A stretch of DNA of 26,387 bases from Chloroflexia bacterium (GCA_038252265.1 JBBSAN010000009.1:1-26387); one strand, 5' to 3'; numbered from the stretch's first letter, positions 1 through 9,029 are shown. Notes: a model not told the origin generated them from the letters alone. Made by a program: numbers and translations.

Positions 1-1089
1 CCCCGTGGTATCGCTCCAACTACCCCGGAATTGCTGGGCGTTGTAGCCCTCGATAAAGAACTGGAGGTTCCCGGTGCGCGGTGCGCGCGTCGGCTGCGGC
101 CCCGGCCCCGCCGGGGTGGGCGTGTTGAAGGGGACCACGCTGAAGCCACCCGCCATTTGGGCCGATTGCGGCGACGTGGTGAGGTACTGGACGGTCCCGG
201 AGAAATTACCAGTGGCCGTGGGCAGGGCCGCCACCGCATACCCGCCCTGGACAGTGGTGTCCCTGCGGGTCACATCCATCGTAAACAGGTCCCCATCAAT
301 CGAGGCGTTCCAGTGGCCCGCAAAGCTACAGTCCGGCGGGAAATTCTGCCCCACCTTCGCACCGCACCACTGCTGGATGCCGCTGGGGGTATTGCGTAAT
401 CCGGTGACGGTGTTGCCGCCCGCGCCGAGGGTCATCGTGAGCGGGCCTGACCCATTCGCTGTCCAGGTGCCGTCAAACCTATCGGTCGTTAGATTGCCGG
501 TCAAGTTGCCACCCGTGGGAACCATCGCATCCTGGAACGTGCCGGTGACACTATTGCCGTTCTGCTCCAGGTGCATGGTGCCGAAGTTCAACACCCAGTC
601 TCCCGCAAAGGGCGTATCAGGCTTGCGCAATACGACGAACAAGACGATCCCGATCACCACCACCAGCAAGACCGCAGCCCCGATCCCGATCCAGAGCCAG
701 GGGATGGGCGGCGGGGGTGGCTTTGGCGGCTGCACGGTAAAAGTGACCGTCGGCCCGAGCGTGAACTCCTCATCCGGGTTGACCTCGCCCACTTCGTCGA
801 AGCGGAAGGTGTAGGTCGCCGGAGGATCGGTGGATTTCGTGGGTGGCGCGGTGGGCGGCACCTTCACGTGTACGGTGTATGACTGGCTGCCCGCTAATGG
901 GAAGTTTCGCGTCTTCTCCCCCTCGATGGTAAACCAGGCTTCCTGCGCAGGATCTGTAGGGGTAATCTTAGCATGGGCATCCAGGGCACGACTAAGCACG
1001 TTGTTCACGGTAAAGACGACCGTCGCCTGGCGTTTATCGTCAAGCTGGATCACGCTGGTCGGGGTGTCAATTGTAAACGGTCCAGGCAT
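1..1089 (-). CDS. Bitopic membrane protein, paralog A (partial; C-terminus lies beyond the window start). Cytoplasmic Ig-like N-domain, Pro-rich linker, one TM helix, extracytoplasmic repeat-containing domain.
   Basis: Manual reverse translation from the ATG at 1089 (cat at 1087-1089), preceded by SD GAGGAGGAG at 4-nt spacing. It gives MPGPFTIDTPTSVIQLDDKRQATVVFTVNN...PPPPPIPWLWIGIGAAVLLVVVIGIVLFVVL...FAGDWVLNFGTMHLEQNGNSVTGTFQD...CSFAGHWN..., open to position 1 with no stop. Clear paralog of the 2794..3918 product (same MPGPFTI start, same domain order). Absent from the ORF track only because it runs off the window edge. Confidence 0.6.
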   Translation of the reverse strand, partial: MPGPFTIDTPTSVIQLDDKRQATVVFTVNNVLSRALDAHAKITPTDPAQEAWFTIEGEKTRNFPLAGSQSYTVHVKVPPTAPPTKSTDPPATYTFRFDEVGEVNPDEEFTLGPTVTFTVQPPKPPPPPIPWLWIGIGAAVLLVVVIGIVLFVVLRKPDTPFAGDWVLNFGTMHLEQNGNSVTGTFQDAMVPTGGNLTGNLTTDRFDGTWTANGSGPLTMTLGAGGNTVTGLRNTPSGIQQWCGAKVGQNFPPDCSFAGHWNASIDGDLFTMDVTRRDTTVQGGYAVAALPTATGNFSGTVQYLTTSPQSAQMAGGFSVVPFNTPTPAGPGPQPTRAPRTGNLQFFIEGYNAQQFRGSWSDTTG

Positions 1090-1367
1090 TGTCTCCTCCT
1101 CTTGGCCTATCGTCTCTACCCGTCATCTACGCAAGGATCCAATCGTCCAGCCTGATCCCGGCAGCGGTTCCTGAGCGGCGGCGGATGGCCGTAACCCCCT
1201 TCTCAGACGGCTCGGCGCGGGGGCGAACGATACACCTGCGGCCCGCGCCAGCGACCCTCGCCCGCCATGCACGCTGCCTAAGCTCCCTTTAGCGCGTTTA
1301 CTCTAGCACATTCGGCCCGTTTTCGCAAGACACCGTTGCTCTTGCCACGCTGAGTATTCCCCGGCGA

Positions 1368-2123
1368 TCAGGTGGGCTTGAGTGCTTTGATCACTGCGAA
1401 TATTGAGCCAATGCCCAGGATCAGGAGCCAGATAACCGCCAGGATCGCGACAATAATCGCGCCAACGCCGTCGGTAATGCTGACCAGGAAGCCCGGCACG
1501 AATCCATGCAGGAAGCTGATGATGATGTTGCCGAGCAGCGAGGTCAGCACCAGCAGGATCAGCCCCTTGTTCTGCAAGAACCGTTGCTGGGCGGCAACCA
1601 GGCTGGCGGCAAAGCCCAGCTTGAGCAACATGATCAGACTTAAGACCGCCGCCGCGCCTTCCCGATTGAAGGAGCCATAGAGTGCGAAGTAGACAATGGT
1701 GCCGAAGGGTACGGCCAGCAGCAACGCGATCATCACAATGACCAGCCCCAGCGCAACAAAGATCATAGCCAGCGCCGCCAGGATCAGCACCACGGTAAAA
1801 ATGCAGGAGGCGCAGCCCTGCAACCGCCCCTGGATCGCCTGCGGCACCAGCAGCGGCAGCGCCGTCAGCACGATGGTAAACAGCAGCACGCCATCGAGCA
1901 GCGCCATATAGGGGATCGCCATGCCTGGTGGCGACTCCGTTTGGGCCAGGGCGTTGACCGCACTGAGATTGTTGATACACTCCGCTCGGCTGTCCTCAGT
2001 CACTTCCGCACAGTTGACGGGCTGTGGCGGGTGCGGCAGGGCCAGCCCCCCGATTTCGATGAGGACGGTGATTGCGATCAATGCTAATGCGAGGAGCAAG
2101 AAGGGTTTTCGCAGACTCTCCAT
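1368..2123 (-). CDS. Polytopic integral membrane protein (251 aa, about 6-7 TM helices), function unknown
   Basis: ATG at 2123 with SD GAGGA 6 nt upstream. Extremely hydrophobic product (MESLRKPFLLLALALIAITVLIEIGG...). Co-directional and tightly spaced with neighbouring minus-strand genes. Overlapping ORFs 1303..1980(-) and 1372..1680(+) are treated as shadows. Confidence 0.6.
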   Translation of the reverse strand: MESLRKPFLLLALALIAITVLIEIGGLALPHPPQPVNCAEVTEDSRAECINNLSAVNALAQTESPPGMAIPYMALLDGVLLFTIVLTALPLLVPQAIQGRLQGCASCIFTVVLILAALAMIFVALGLVIVMIALLLAVPFGTIVYFALYGSFNREGAAAVLSLIMLLKLGFAASLVAAQQRFLQNKGLILLVLTSLLGNIIISFLHGFVPGFLVSITDGVGAIIVAILAVIWLLILGIGSIFAVIKALKPT

Positions 2124-2159
2124 AATCAGTCCTCATTCGTTACGAAGCAGGGTAGCACA

Positions 2160-2651
2160 TCATGGCAGGACCTGAATTCGGCACTGTGTTCCCCCGCTGC
2201 AACTAATGACTAATGTTGCACCCTCGCGGAAGATATCCAGGGACAGCATCGCTGCCGGAGTAGGGTGTGCGGTCATCGTGATCGGTGTCGGGGGCGGCGT
2301 GGGGGGGGGCGGCGTGGAGGGTGCGGGAAATCGTAGCGTCAGGGCCACTGCTTGCACATGGCCCTGCACCGTCTGAAGCCGCAGTTGGCGGGCGGCTGCA
2401 TCCGCCGATTGGACCGTGATCGTGCAGGATGCACCGGAGTTCACCACGATGATATCTGCCTGCACGCATGAGCCAGGGCTAGCGCTCAGCTCCTGGGCCT
2501 TTACCGGCTTTTCCAGCAGCCCCCGGAGCGCAGATGCGCTCGGCGTATTCCCTGGCGGCCCCCCGCCAACAGTGAAGCCCGCCCCGACGCCGCAGAAAAA
2601 GAGCAGGCCCACCAGGACTAGTACACCAATCAAGACTTTTGTTCGGTCCAC
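2160..2651 (-). CDS. Small membrane-anchored/secreted protein (163 aa) with N-terminal TM/signal segment and Pro/Thr-rich stretch
   Basis: GTG start at 2651 (cac 2649-2651) with a strong SD GAGGAGG 5 nt upstream. N-terminus is MDRTKVLIGVLVLVGLLFFCGVGAGF. 37 nt upstream of the 1368..2123 gene. Confidence 0.45.
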   Translation of the reverse strand: MDRTKVLIGVLVLVGLLFFCGVGAGFTVGGGPPGNTPSASALRGLLEKPVKAQELSASPGSCVQADIIVVNSGASCTITVQSADAAARQLRLQTVQGHVQAVALTLRFPAPSTPPPPTPPPTPITMTAHPTPAAMLSLDIFREGATLVISCSGGTQCRIQVLP

Positions 2652-2793
2652 CCTGTCCTCCTCGTTTGGCGCGGCGATCGCCTGCTCTATTCAGCGCGTG
2701 ATCCGCCCGTCCTGCCACCCCATGTACGGCGGGTGCTGGTGAAGGCGACGTTCCCGGCCCCGGCACAGGGTGGGGCAACCGCTTTACGCCTGC

Positions 2794-3918
2794 TCAGGGC
2801 GTTGGCGTCGCGACAGGTTGCCCCGGCCCAAGGAAGGGTTGTGCGAGACTGTCAGACGCGGTTGCGCGTAAGCAAGGGCTGGGCATTGATCCGCCCGGGT
2901 GCCAGCCGCACCACGGCCCAGATCCAGGACCGTAGCTTCCCTGAAACTGCAAGGCATTGTAACCCAGTAAGTACCACCGAAACTGCGAAGTGAACGCCCC
3001 CAGCGTATAAGTGCCATCCAACTGCGTGGCACCTGTGCCATTGTACGAAACCGCTCCGGTTATCGCCCCAGTAGCCGAGACAGCATAAGTGAACACCCCG
3101 GTGACGGTGATTCCCGTGCGGGCAAACGTCGCGGGAAATTGATTAATGCCATCTGTGGTTATCCAGTCCCCGGCAAAATTGCAGCCTGCGGGGAATGGGA
3201 CATTAGCCCGGGCACCACACCACTGGTTGAGACTGTTGCGTCGGCCCGTGATGGTGTTGCCCCCCGCGCCGAGGGTCATGGTGAGCGTACCTGAGCCGTT
3301 CCCGGTCCAGGTGCCGGTGAACGCGCCGTTCGTTGCATCGCCCGTCAACGTGCCGGTCGTGCCATCCATCCCGTCCTGGAACGTGCCGCTGACCCGATTG
3401 CCGTTGTCGGTGAGTTGCATGGTGCCAAAGTTCAGCACCCAGCTTCCCGCAAACCCGGTGGAACGCGGCCAGACGAGGAACGCGATGATCCCGACCACCA
3501 CCAGTAGGGCCACCACGCCCGCCGCGATCCAGACCCAACTGGGGATCTTGGGGGCCGGGGGCGGCGGGGGCGGGGGCGGCAGCACGGCGAAGCTGACCGG
3601 GGGGCCAGCGGTGAAGTTCTCATCGGGGTTGATCTCGTCGGCCAGGTCGAGGCGGAAGGAGTAGGTTCCGGGGGGCGTGGTGGGGGGGACTGTCACCAGC
3701 ACCATGTATTGCTGCGTCCCGGCGACTGCAAAATCGCGCACCGCCGCCCCGTCCAGGGCGAACCACGCTTCCGTCGCCGGATCCTGGGGCGTGACATGGC
3801 CTCGCCCGCGCAGGGCACGCCCGCTATCGTTCGAAACGGTGAACACGGCTTGGGTCTGCCCCTTGTTGTCGAGGTGCAGGGTGTTGGTGGCCGTGGTGAT
3901 CGTGAATGGTCCAGGCAT
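2794..3918 (-). CDS. Bitopic membrane protein, paralog B (374 aa). N-terminal Ig-like cytoplasmic domain, poly-Pro linker, TM helix, C-terminal domain with two FAGxW-containing repeats.
   Basis: ATG at 3918 with SD GGAGGA. MPGPFTITTATNTLHLDNKGQ...PPPPPPPPAPKIPSWVWIAAGVVALLVVVGIIAFLVW...FAGSWVLNFGTMQLTDNGNRVSGTFQDG...CNFAGDWITTDG... No signal peptide, one hydrophobic helix. Confidence 0.65.
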   Translation of the reverse strand: MPGPFTITTATNTLHLDNKGQTQAVFTVSNDSGRALRGRGHVTPQDPATEAWFALDGAAVRDFAVAGTQQYMVLVTVPPTTPPGTYSFRLDLADEINPDENFTAGPPVSFAVLPPPPPPPPAPKIPSWVWIAAGVVALLVVVGIIAFLVWPRSTGFAGSWVLNFGTMQLTDNGNRVSGTFQDGMDGTTGTLTGDATNGAFTGTWTGNGSGTLTMTLGAGGNTITGRRNSLNQWCGARANVPFPAGCNFAGDWITTDGINQFPATFARTGITVTGVFTYAVSATGAITGAVSYNGTGATQLDGTYTLGAFTSQFRWYLLGYNALQFQGSYGPGSGPWCGWHPGGSMPSPCLRATASDSLAQPFLGPGQPVATPTP

Positions 3919-4074
3919 TAAGTCCTCCGTAGAACACTACTCAGCAAATCTTTGCAGGCTGAACTCAGGTTAATAGGTCCGGCGACATGCACAGTGGCAC
4001 TAACGCGTATCAACTCATTAGCCATGTCGGGCCGCGTCGCTAGTCGCGGGGTGCGGCCATCGCCGCCCCTGTTC

Positions 4075-4905
4075 TCAAACAGCCCTTTGTGGCGCTGTCT
4101 CTGTACGTAGATAAAGAAATACACAGCCCGCGACAACTGCCGACAGCAGATGCCAGATGGCATGGCCCTGGAGCAGACTATCGGGGTTGCAGAGCGGTCG
4201 GTCGGTTTGGGATAGTGACCAGATCACCAGGGCGACCGCAAACGTGCCCAGGGCTGCGGCCAGCCAGGGCCAGTCGCGTTGTAACCCCTTGGGCTTGCGC
4301 CACAGAATCACTAGTTCGGTCAGGACCCAGGCAACGACCAGCCCGGTAAAGATCGGGGTGCCGGTGCCGTCTACGAACCAGGTGAAGATACCCAGGGCGG
4401 CGTTCACCACCGCATAGAGCAGCCCGAAGAGGGTGCCCGGCCAGCGGAAAATGCGGGTAAGCGCGTAGAGCAACCCGAAGCTGCCGAACAGGATGAGCGA
4501 GAAGGTATCGATCCAGCCGCCCCACTGGGTGAGAGACCCGTGGAAGAACATGCTTCCTGGGCCGAGAAACAGGGCGACCGCTGCGTAGCCGCTGGCAAAA
4601 TGCGTGGCCGTGGTCATCGGGTTGTTCCGTACTGCGGGACTAGACCGGTCGCTGCCGATCCGCCATAGCAGCAGCAGCCCCACGCCGACAAAGCCGAGAT
4701 TGCTCCATGTGTTCGCCGGTTGTTTGATCAGGGCACCGGGTCGCACAAAGTTTTCGCAATAGCATGTGTTAGGTACGTCGCTCACACAAGAATCGGGCGC
4801 ACCCGGCCAACCGCGGGCCGCGAGGGTGAGGAAGATCGCCAAAAATATAGCGAAGGCCGCCAGGCCCCACCACAATTCCTTGTGTTTGTTGAACGTCGCC
4901 ACCAT
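4075..4905 (-). CDS. Alkaline ceramidase / CREST-superfamily 7-TM hydrolase (276 aa)
   Basis: ATG at 4905. Motifs match alkaline ceramidase signatures: PANTWSNLGFVG (NTxSN), MFFHGSLTQ, WIDTF (Asp), and GHAIWHLLSA (HxxWH). Multi-TM hydropathy. Confidence 0.65.
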   Translation of the reverse strand: MVATFNKHKELWWGLAAFAIFLAIFLTLAARGWPGAPDSCVSDVPNTCYCENFVRPGALIKQPANTWSNLGFVGVGLLLLWRIGSDRSSPAVRNNPMTTATHFASGYAAVALFLGPGSMFFHGSLTQWGGWIDTFSLILFGSFGLLYALTRIFRWPGTLFGLLYAVVNAALGIFTWFVDGTGTPIFTGLVVAWVLTELVILWRKPKGLQRDWPWLAAALGTFAVALVIWSLSQTDRPLCNPDSLLQGHAIWHLLSAVVAGCVFLYLRTETAPQRAV

Positions 4906-5015
4906 TCACCGTCGCCTTTGCTCTGTCGCTGTCTGATCCCGGGGCTGCGTCATCCGCCCGGATCGGACAGCAAGATTATGGCCCTGGACTTAACTTATGC
5001 TGAACGCCATACAGA

Positions 5016-5041
5016 GCGCTCACGAAAGACTTCGTGAGCGC
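5016..5041 (-). terminator. Stem-loop (11-bp perfect stem gcgctcacgaa/ttcgtgagcgc, 4-nt loop) in the 355-bp gap after the CIS operon. No clean U-tract.
   Basis: Read directly: 5016-5026 pairs with 5031-5041. Downstream of the gpI-like stop (5261) on the minus strand. Confidence 0.3.
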
Positions 5042-5260
5042 CCGGAGTGCGGAGTGCGGCAGACCAGGACCCGCCTGGCGCGCGTCCAGTCAAGGCAGGA
5101 TCACCCTACACCTCAACTGCGCCGCTTTTAGATTCGATGCTGGCTGGTTCGGCGCTCACGCGTAGGGGCGCGGCCCAGCAGGTGATCCACGCAGGTTCAG
5201 CGCGAAGTGATCGATGAGACCAGTGGCGAAGATCGGTGCGACCGCGTAGCCCCAGGATGC

Positions 5261-5836
5261 TCATCTTTTTCTCCTTCCCCCACCGCTCAATGTGCGCGGG
5301 GCAGCCGCCGCCGGTTCCATTTGTAGCTCATAGGTGGTGTAGGCAGGTTTTTCCAATTCGATGATTCGCCGGATGAGGTCTTGATAGGCGGCGGCGGCAT
5401 CGGGTGCCCGGATGCGCAGGTGAAAGGGGCGACCCGGCACCTGTTCCTCGATCACAAAGCCGGGCACGCCGGTGGCCGTGACCAGGAAGCGCTGGAGGCC
5501 CTTCGTCGTGCCGCGCCATTGCGCCAGGAAGGCGGCAGCCGCGATCACCTCTCGCAGTCGCCCCAGGCCGCTGGGGAACGGCGGCAGGACTGTCCCGGTG
5601 AACTCCTCGGGCACTTCGACCAGCAGGCGGGCCAGGTCCACCCAGCCCGCCAGGTACGGGATGAATTCGTCGGGGGCGCGGTAGGGATCAAAATAGGCAT
5701 CCAGGTGGGCCAGCACGTCCTCGTCCGGAGCGTGCAGTTCTTCCATCAGGGTCAGCAGCGCCCACAGCGGATTGCCCGGCGTCATCGTGCGCTGGAAAAT
5801 TCCGGGCAGCAGGCGCTCGATCTCCACACGCTTCAT
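5261..5836 (-). CDS. Baseplate protein, phage P2 gpI / Afp12-like (phage tail protein I family)
   Basis: ATG at 5836 overlaps the upstream stop (ATGA). N-terminus LLPGIFQ...NPLWALLTLMEEL...IPYLAGWVDL resembles the gpI family (LLP...LLPWLAW..VD). Final gene of the coupled operon. Confidence 0.75.
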   Translation of the reverse strand: MKRVEIERLLPGIFQRTMTPGNPLWALLTLMEELHAPDEDVLAHLDAYFDPYRAPDEFIPYLAGWVDLARLLVEVPEEFTGTVLPPFPSGLGRLREVIAAAAFLAQWRGTTKGLQRFLVTATGVPGFVIEEQVPGRPFHLRIRAPDAAAAYQDLIRRIIELEKPAYTTYELQMEPAAAAPRTLSGGGRRKR

Positions 5837-8508
5837 GATTCCGGCACCACTTCGATCTGGTGTTCCCCCGAGACAAAGAGCCAGGTTTCCGGCAGGGTCA
5901 CAATGTCGTCCGGGGTCGCGTCACCGCTCGGCACGTAGGTGTCCCCCCCATTGGTGCTGAGGAAGATCCCGCGCTGCCCGCCTACCAACACCAGATTGGC
6001 CCCGCGGCCCACCGCAACCGTATCCACCGGCGCGAGGGTGCTCAGGTCCGACCGCAGCGGCAGGCCATCGGTAATCGTGGATGGCTCCCAGGTGGGGGTG
6101 GGCTTGCCAATGTCCAGCCGGGCCACGCCCCCGTGATGGGACGCGGCCAGCACCATCTGGCGGGGATCTTTCCCCGGCTCCCGCAGGACCAGGAAGGCCA
6201 GCCCGCGCACACTCCCTCCGGTCCACCCCTGGTTGAAGGCCGTCCAGCCGCCCGGTGGGTCCTGCTCGCCGCCTTGCAGCAACTCCCAGCGGAAACAGCC
6301 TTTGCCCGGATCGGTCATGCCGCCGGGCGAGAAGGCCCCGGCCCATAACCAGGCGCGAATCCCATCGACTTGCACGGCCAGTTCCCGAATATCCTGCCCC
6401 TGGATGGCCGGTGTGTTAATAGGCCGGAATGTGCGGCCCCCATCGAATGATAGATAGACCCCGCCCGGATCCTGGGGAGTGCCCCCCATCGGGGCCGCGA
6501 CCGCGAGGGTGAGCTTCCCCTGGGGATCGCGGCGGGTGGTGACGGTATAGAAGCCCAGGTCCTGCTTCCGCCGGTCCACCAGGAGCAACTGGGGACTGCC
6601 GGCATGGTCCGCGGGCAAGTCCAGGTCGTAGAGGCCCTTATCGGTCGCCAACAGCAGGTGCGGTATATCCTCGCGCAACGTCCAGGCCACGTCTTGCACC
6701 TGGAGCGCGATCGTATAGGGGGTCGCCTCCCAGCTTTCCCCGGTATCCCGCGAGATGTACAGGTGGGAACCGCCATTGTTCGCCGCGCGGGTCACGACGA
6801 CGAGCAGGCCCGCCACGTCGGGATGGGCGCGCACCAACGTGATCGACTCGCCCGAAAAGCGCCCCACCACTTCCCAGCCCGCTCCGTCGTTCAGGGAGCG
6901 GAAGAGGGTACCGTTATTGGGCGGCGGATTGGGGGTACCGGGATCCATCCCGATACCGGCGTACCAGGTGTGGGGCTGGAAGGGATCGGCAGCGATCGTG
7001 CTGATCGCGCCTGCGGGCACTTCATCGACGAGCAGCCCTACCTCATCGATCCAGCGCACCCCTGGCTCGGCCAGCGCGATGGCGAAGACGTTGGAGGCCC
7101 GCAAGGCCTGGCCGAACGTCCAGCCACCGGGCCAGCGGGCCGTCGGGAGCGGGTTGATCAGTTCATAGAGGCGGTCCAGGACTCGCTGCTTGACGGCGGT
7201 GGGATTTTCTTCGCGGCGTACGACGATCTTGGCTTGCACCCGCACGGTTTTATACTTGGCCCAATCCGCGATGCAGGCGGTACCCAGAGGCCGGCGCTCC
7301 TCCAGGGTGGTTTGCACCTGATCCTGCGCCGTTTGCGTCTGATGCGCCTGGAGCGCCTCCCGCGTCACCCGCTCGCCCACGCGGTCGGCGGGAGGGAGAT
7401 CGGGCACCAGCACCACTTCCACCGTGCCCGGTTCGGCATACGCCCACAATTCTTTCCGGGTAAACGCTTTGGCCCGGCTGATCGCTCCCAGGGCGCTCTC
7501 CACGGCGAGCCGCTCGAAATCGCGGGCGGTCACGGCGCGTTCCAGCGAGCGGAATTGCTGTGGCCCCCGCACCAGCGCATTCGCCAGGGCCTCCCCATCC
7601 CGTCCGCCGCTGGCCGGCTGGGGATTGGTGACCTGCACACCGGGCAGCGGATCTTTGAGCGTCGTCAGGGTATCCGCGGCCACATTGCCTTCCAGCCCCC
7701 CGCCCCGCCGATACCAGAGCCGAATTTCGCGATCTTTGATCGGCACTTCGGCCAGCGCTGCGGACGGCGCATCGGGCGTCATGCGGGCCGCCGGGGCGAA
7801 GCTGATGGTCCCCTCCATGCGGTCGAGCACATAGACAAAGCGGTCCGGCCCCAGATCCGTGAAGTTCTCGGTCTCGTGCCAGATGTGGTAGAGTTTGCCG
7901 TTATATTCCAGGGCCGGGTCGGGGGGGACTTTGTCTTCCGGGCGAACCTCCACGCCGACCATCAGATCGGGGGGGTGGTCGGTCGGCGCGATGATCGGCA
8001 GGCGGCGCACGGTGATGGTCAGCCCGGGCTGGCCGTTGGCCGTGCCGGCTGGCTCTCCGACCACCAGTTCGCACTGGTACGCCAGCACATCAATGCTGGG
8101 CTGGTTCGCGGGCAATGTGGCACTCTCTACGGTCACAAAGACGGGCGGTGCGGCACCACCGGCACTCCGGCCAACGGTCACCCGGGTGCCAAGCGGAATA
8201 TCAATCGCCGTCGTGGGTTGGCCTGCGCCAGCGGCCCGGCTGAAGCGGAGCAGCGTTTGCGCGGCAGCGGGGGGCTGCCGGTGGACACCCAGCAGGTTCA
8301 GCAGTTCGATGTACACCTTCTCCGGGACGCGATTCAGCCGGTAGATCAGCGCCTCGGTCAGATAGGCAAAGAGATCCAGCAGCACGATGCCGGGATCGCT
8401 GGGCGACGTATCGGTCCAGGCGGGGCAGAGTTGGGGAATGCGTTGGCGCTCCTCATCCACCAACTGTTGCCAGGTGCGATCATCCAGGTTGGGCGAAGGG
8501 AGAGGCAT
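5833..8508 (-). CDS. Baseplate J-like protein (gp6/gpJ/Afp11-like), 891 aa, with a C-terminal BNR/Asp-box beta-propeller extension
   Basis: N-terminus DRTWQQLVDE...PAWTDTSPSDPGIVLLDLFAYLTEALIYRLN is typical of the baseplate_J family. The C-terminal ~400 aa carry repeated S-x-D-x-G-x-T-W/Y/F motifs (SLNDGAGWE, SRDTGESWE, SFDGGRTFR, STNGGDTYV). Start overlaps the gp25 stop (TGATG). Confidence 0.85.
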   Translation of the reverse strand: MPLPSPNLDDRTWQQLVDEERQRIPQLCPAWTDTSPSDPGIVLLDLFAYLTEALIYRLNRVPEKVYIELLNLLGVHRQPPAAAQTLLRFSRAAGAGQPTTAIDIPLGTRVTVGRSAGGAAPPVFVTVESATLPANQPSIDVLAYQCELVVGEPAGTANGQPGLTITVRRLPIIAPTDHPPDLMVGVEVRPEDKVPPDPALEYNGKLYHIWHETENFTDLGPDRFVYVLDRMEGTISFAPAARMTPDAPSAALAEVPIKDREIRLWYRRGGGLEGNVAADTLTTLKDPLPGVQVTNPQPASGGRDGEALANALVRGPQQFRSLERAVTARDFERLAVESALGAISRAKAFTRKELWAYAEPGTVEVVLVPDLPPADRVGERVTREALQAHQTQTAQDQVQTTLEERRPLGTACIADWAKYKTVRVQAKIVVRREENPTAVKQRVLDRLYELINPLPTARWPGGWTFGQALRASNVFAIALAEPGVRWIDEVGLLVDEVPAGAISTIAADPFQPHTWYAGIGMDPGTPNPPPNNGTLFRSLNDGAGWEVVGRFSGESITLVRAHPDVAGLLVVVTRAANNGGSHLYISRDTGESWEATPYTIALQVQDVAWTLREDIPHLLLATDKGLYDLDLPADHAGSPQLLLVDRRKQDLGFYTVTTRRDPQGKLTLAVAAPMGGTPQDPGGVYLSFDGGRTFRPINTPAIQGQDIRELAVQVDGIRAWLWAGAFSPGGMTDPGKGCFRWELLQGGEQDPPGGWTAFNQGWTGGSVRGLAFLVLREPGKDPRQMVLAASHHGGVARLDIGKPTPTWEPSTITDGLPLRSDLSTLAPVDTVAVGRGANLVLVGGQRGIFLSTNGGDTYVPSGDATPDDIVTLPETWLFVSGEHQIEVVPES

Positions 8509-9029
8509 CAGATCTTTTCTCCTGCGAGGCTGAATGAGTAAGTCAACAATTGAATGCGCTGTGAGGTCCGTAAGCGATATTCGAGCAGCAGATCCAGGCG
8601 TTCTGGGACCTCGACACTGCGGCGCGCATCCAACCGGACCACTTCGATGCGCGGCTCCCAGCGGGCCAGCGCACTGCGGACGTAGTGAATCGCCAGGCCG
8701 GCGGTGGTGTCATCATTCGGCGCAAATACCAGGCGGTGCAAATGGCAGCCGTACGCCGGGCGCATGACGCGCTCGCCCGGCACCGTGGAGAGGAGCAGAA
8801 AGATGGCCTGCCGGATTGCCTCCTCTCCTTCGACCAGCGCCATGCCCCCGCGCACGTTCACTTGCAGCCCGCTCACCTGATCCGCAGTGGCGGCACCGGT
8901 CTCCGCCTCTGTGACCAGCGCCATGCCCCCGCGCATCTCCACCTGTGACCGGGTTCCCTCTGCCGGGGCACCGGCACTGGCGTGCAGGAATTGCCAGGTG
9001 CGATAACGGGGTCCGTTCGTGCCGTTCAT
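8508..9029 (-). CDS. Baseplate wedge protein gp25 / GPW-like (Afp9-like)
   Basis: IRQAIFLLLSTVPGERVMRPAYGCHLHRLVFAPND...ALARWEPRIEVVRL matches the GPW/gp25 signature. ATG at 9029 overlaps the upstream stop (ATGA). The N-terminal region contains an internal duplication. Confidence 0.85.
   Translation of the reverse strand: MNGTNGPRYRTWQFLHASAGAPAEGTRSQVEMRGGMALVTEAETGAATADQVSGLQVNVRGGMALVEGEEAIRQAIFLLLSTVPGERVMRPAYGCHLHRLVFAPNDDTTAGLAIHYVRSALARWEPRIEVVRLDARRSVEVPERLDLLLEYRLRTSQRIQLLTYSFSLAGEKI
8832..8935. repeat. 23-bp perfect direct repeat (gaccagcgccatgcccccgcgca) at 8832-8854 and 8913-8935, period 81 bp. An in-frame tandem duplication inside the gp25-like gene.
   Basis: Read directly. Encodes the duplicated peptide ...RGGMALV... 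(VEMRGGMALVTEAE / VNVRGGMALVEGEE) in the N-terminal extension. Confidence 0.85.

Noticed and set aside
5092-5264. 57-codon ORF (MSILGLRGRTDLRHW...) starting at the ATG at 5264, which overlaps the gpI stop and is preceded by an AAGGAG-like sequence
   Set aside because: The apparent SD is simply the codons for the GGRRKR C-terminus of gpI. The product is Arg-rich with no features. Below the ORF-track threshold and probably fortuitous.
6604-8541. 645-aa plus-strand ORF (and similar long ORFs 10900..13035+, 9935..10879+, 16192..17373-, 18817..19434+, 74..814+, 3146..3664+)
   Set aside because: These are antisense shadow ORFs, which are common in 65% GC DNA. Each lies opposite a gene with a strong family signature (baseplate J, VgrG, radical SAM, SPFH, the membrane paralogs). 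Their products are low-complexity Arg/Gly/Pro-rich with no motifs.
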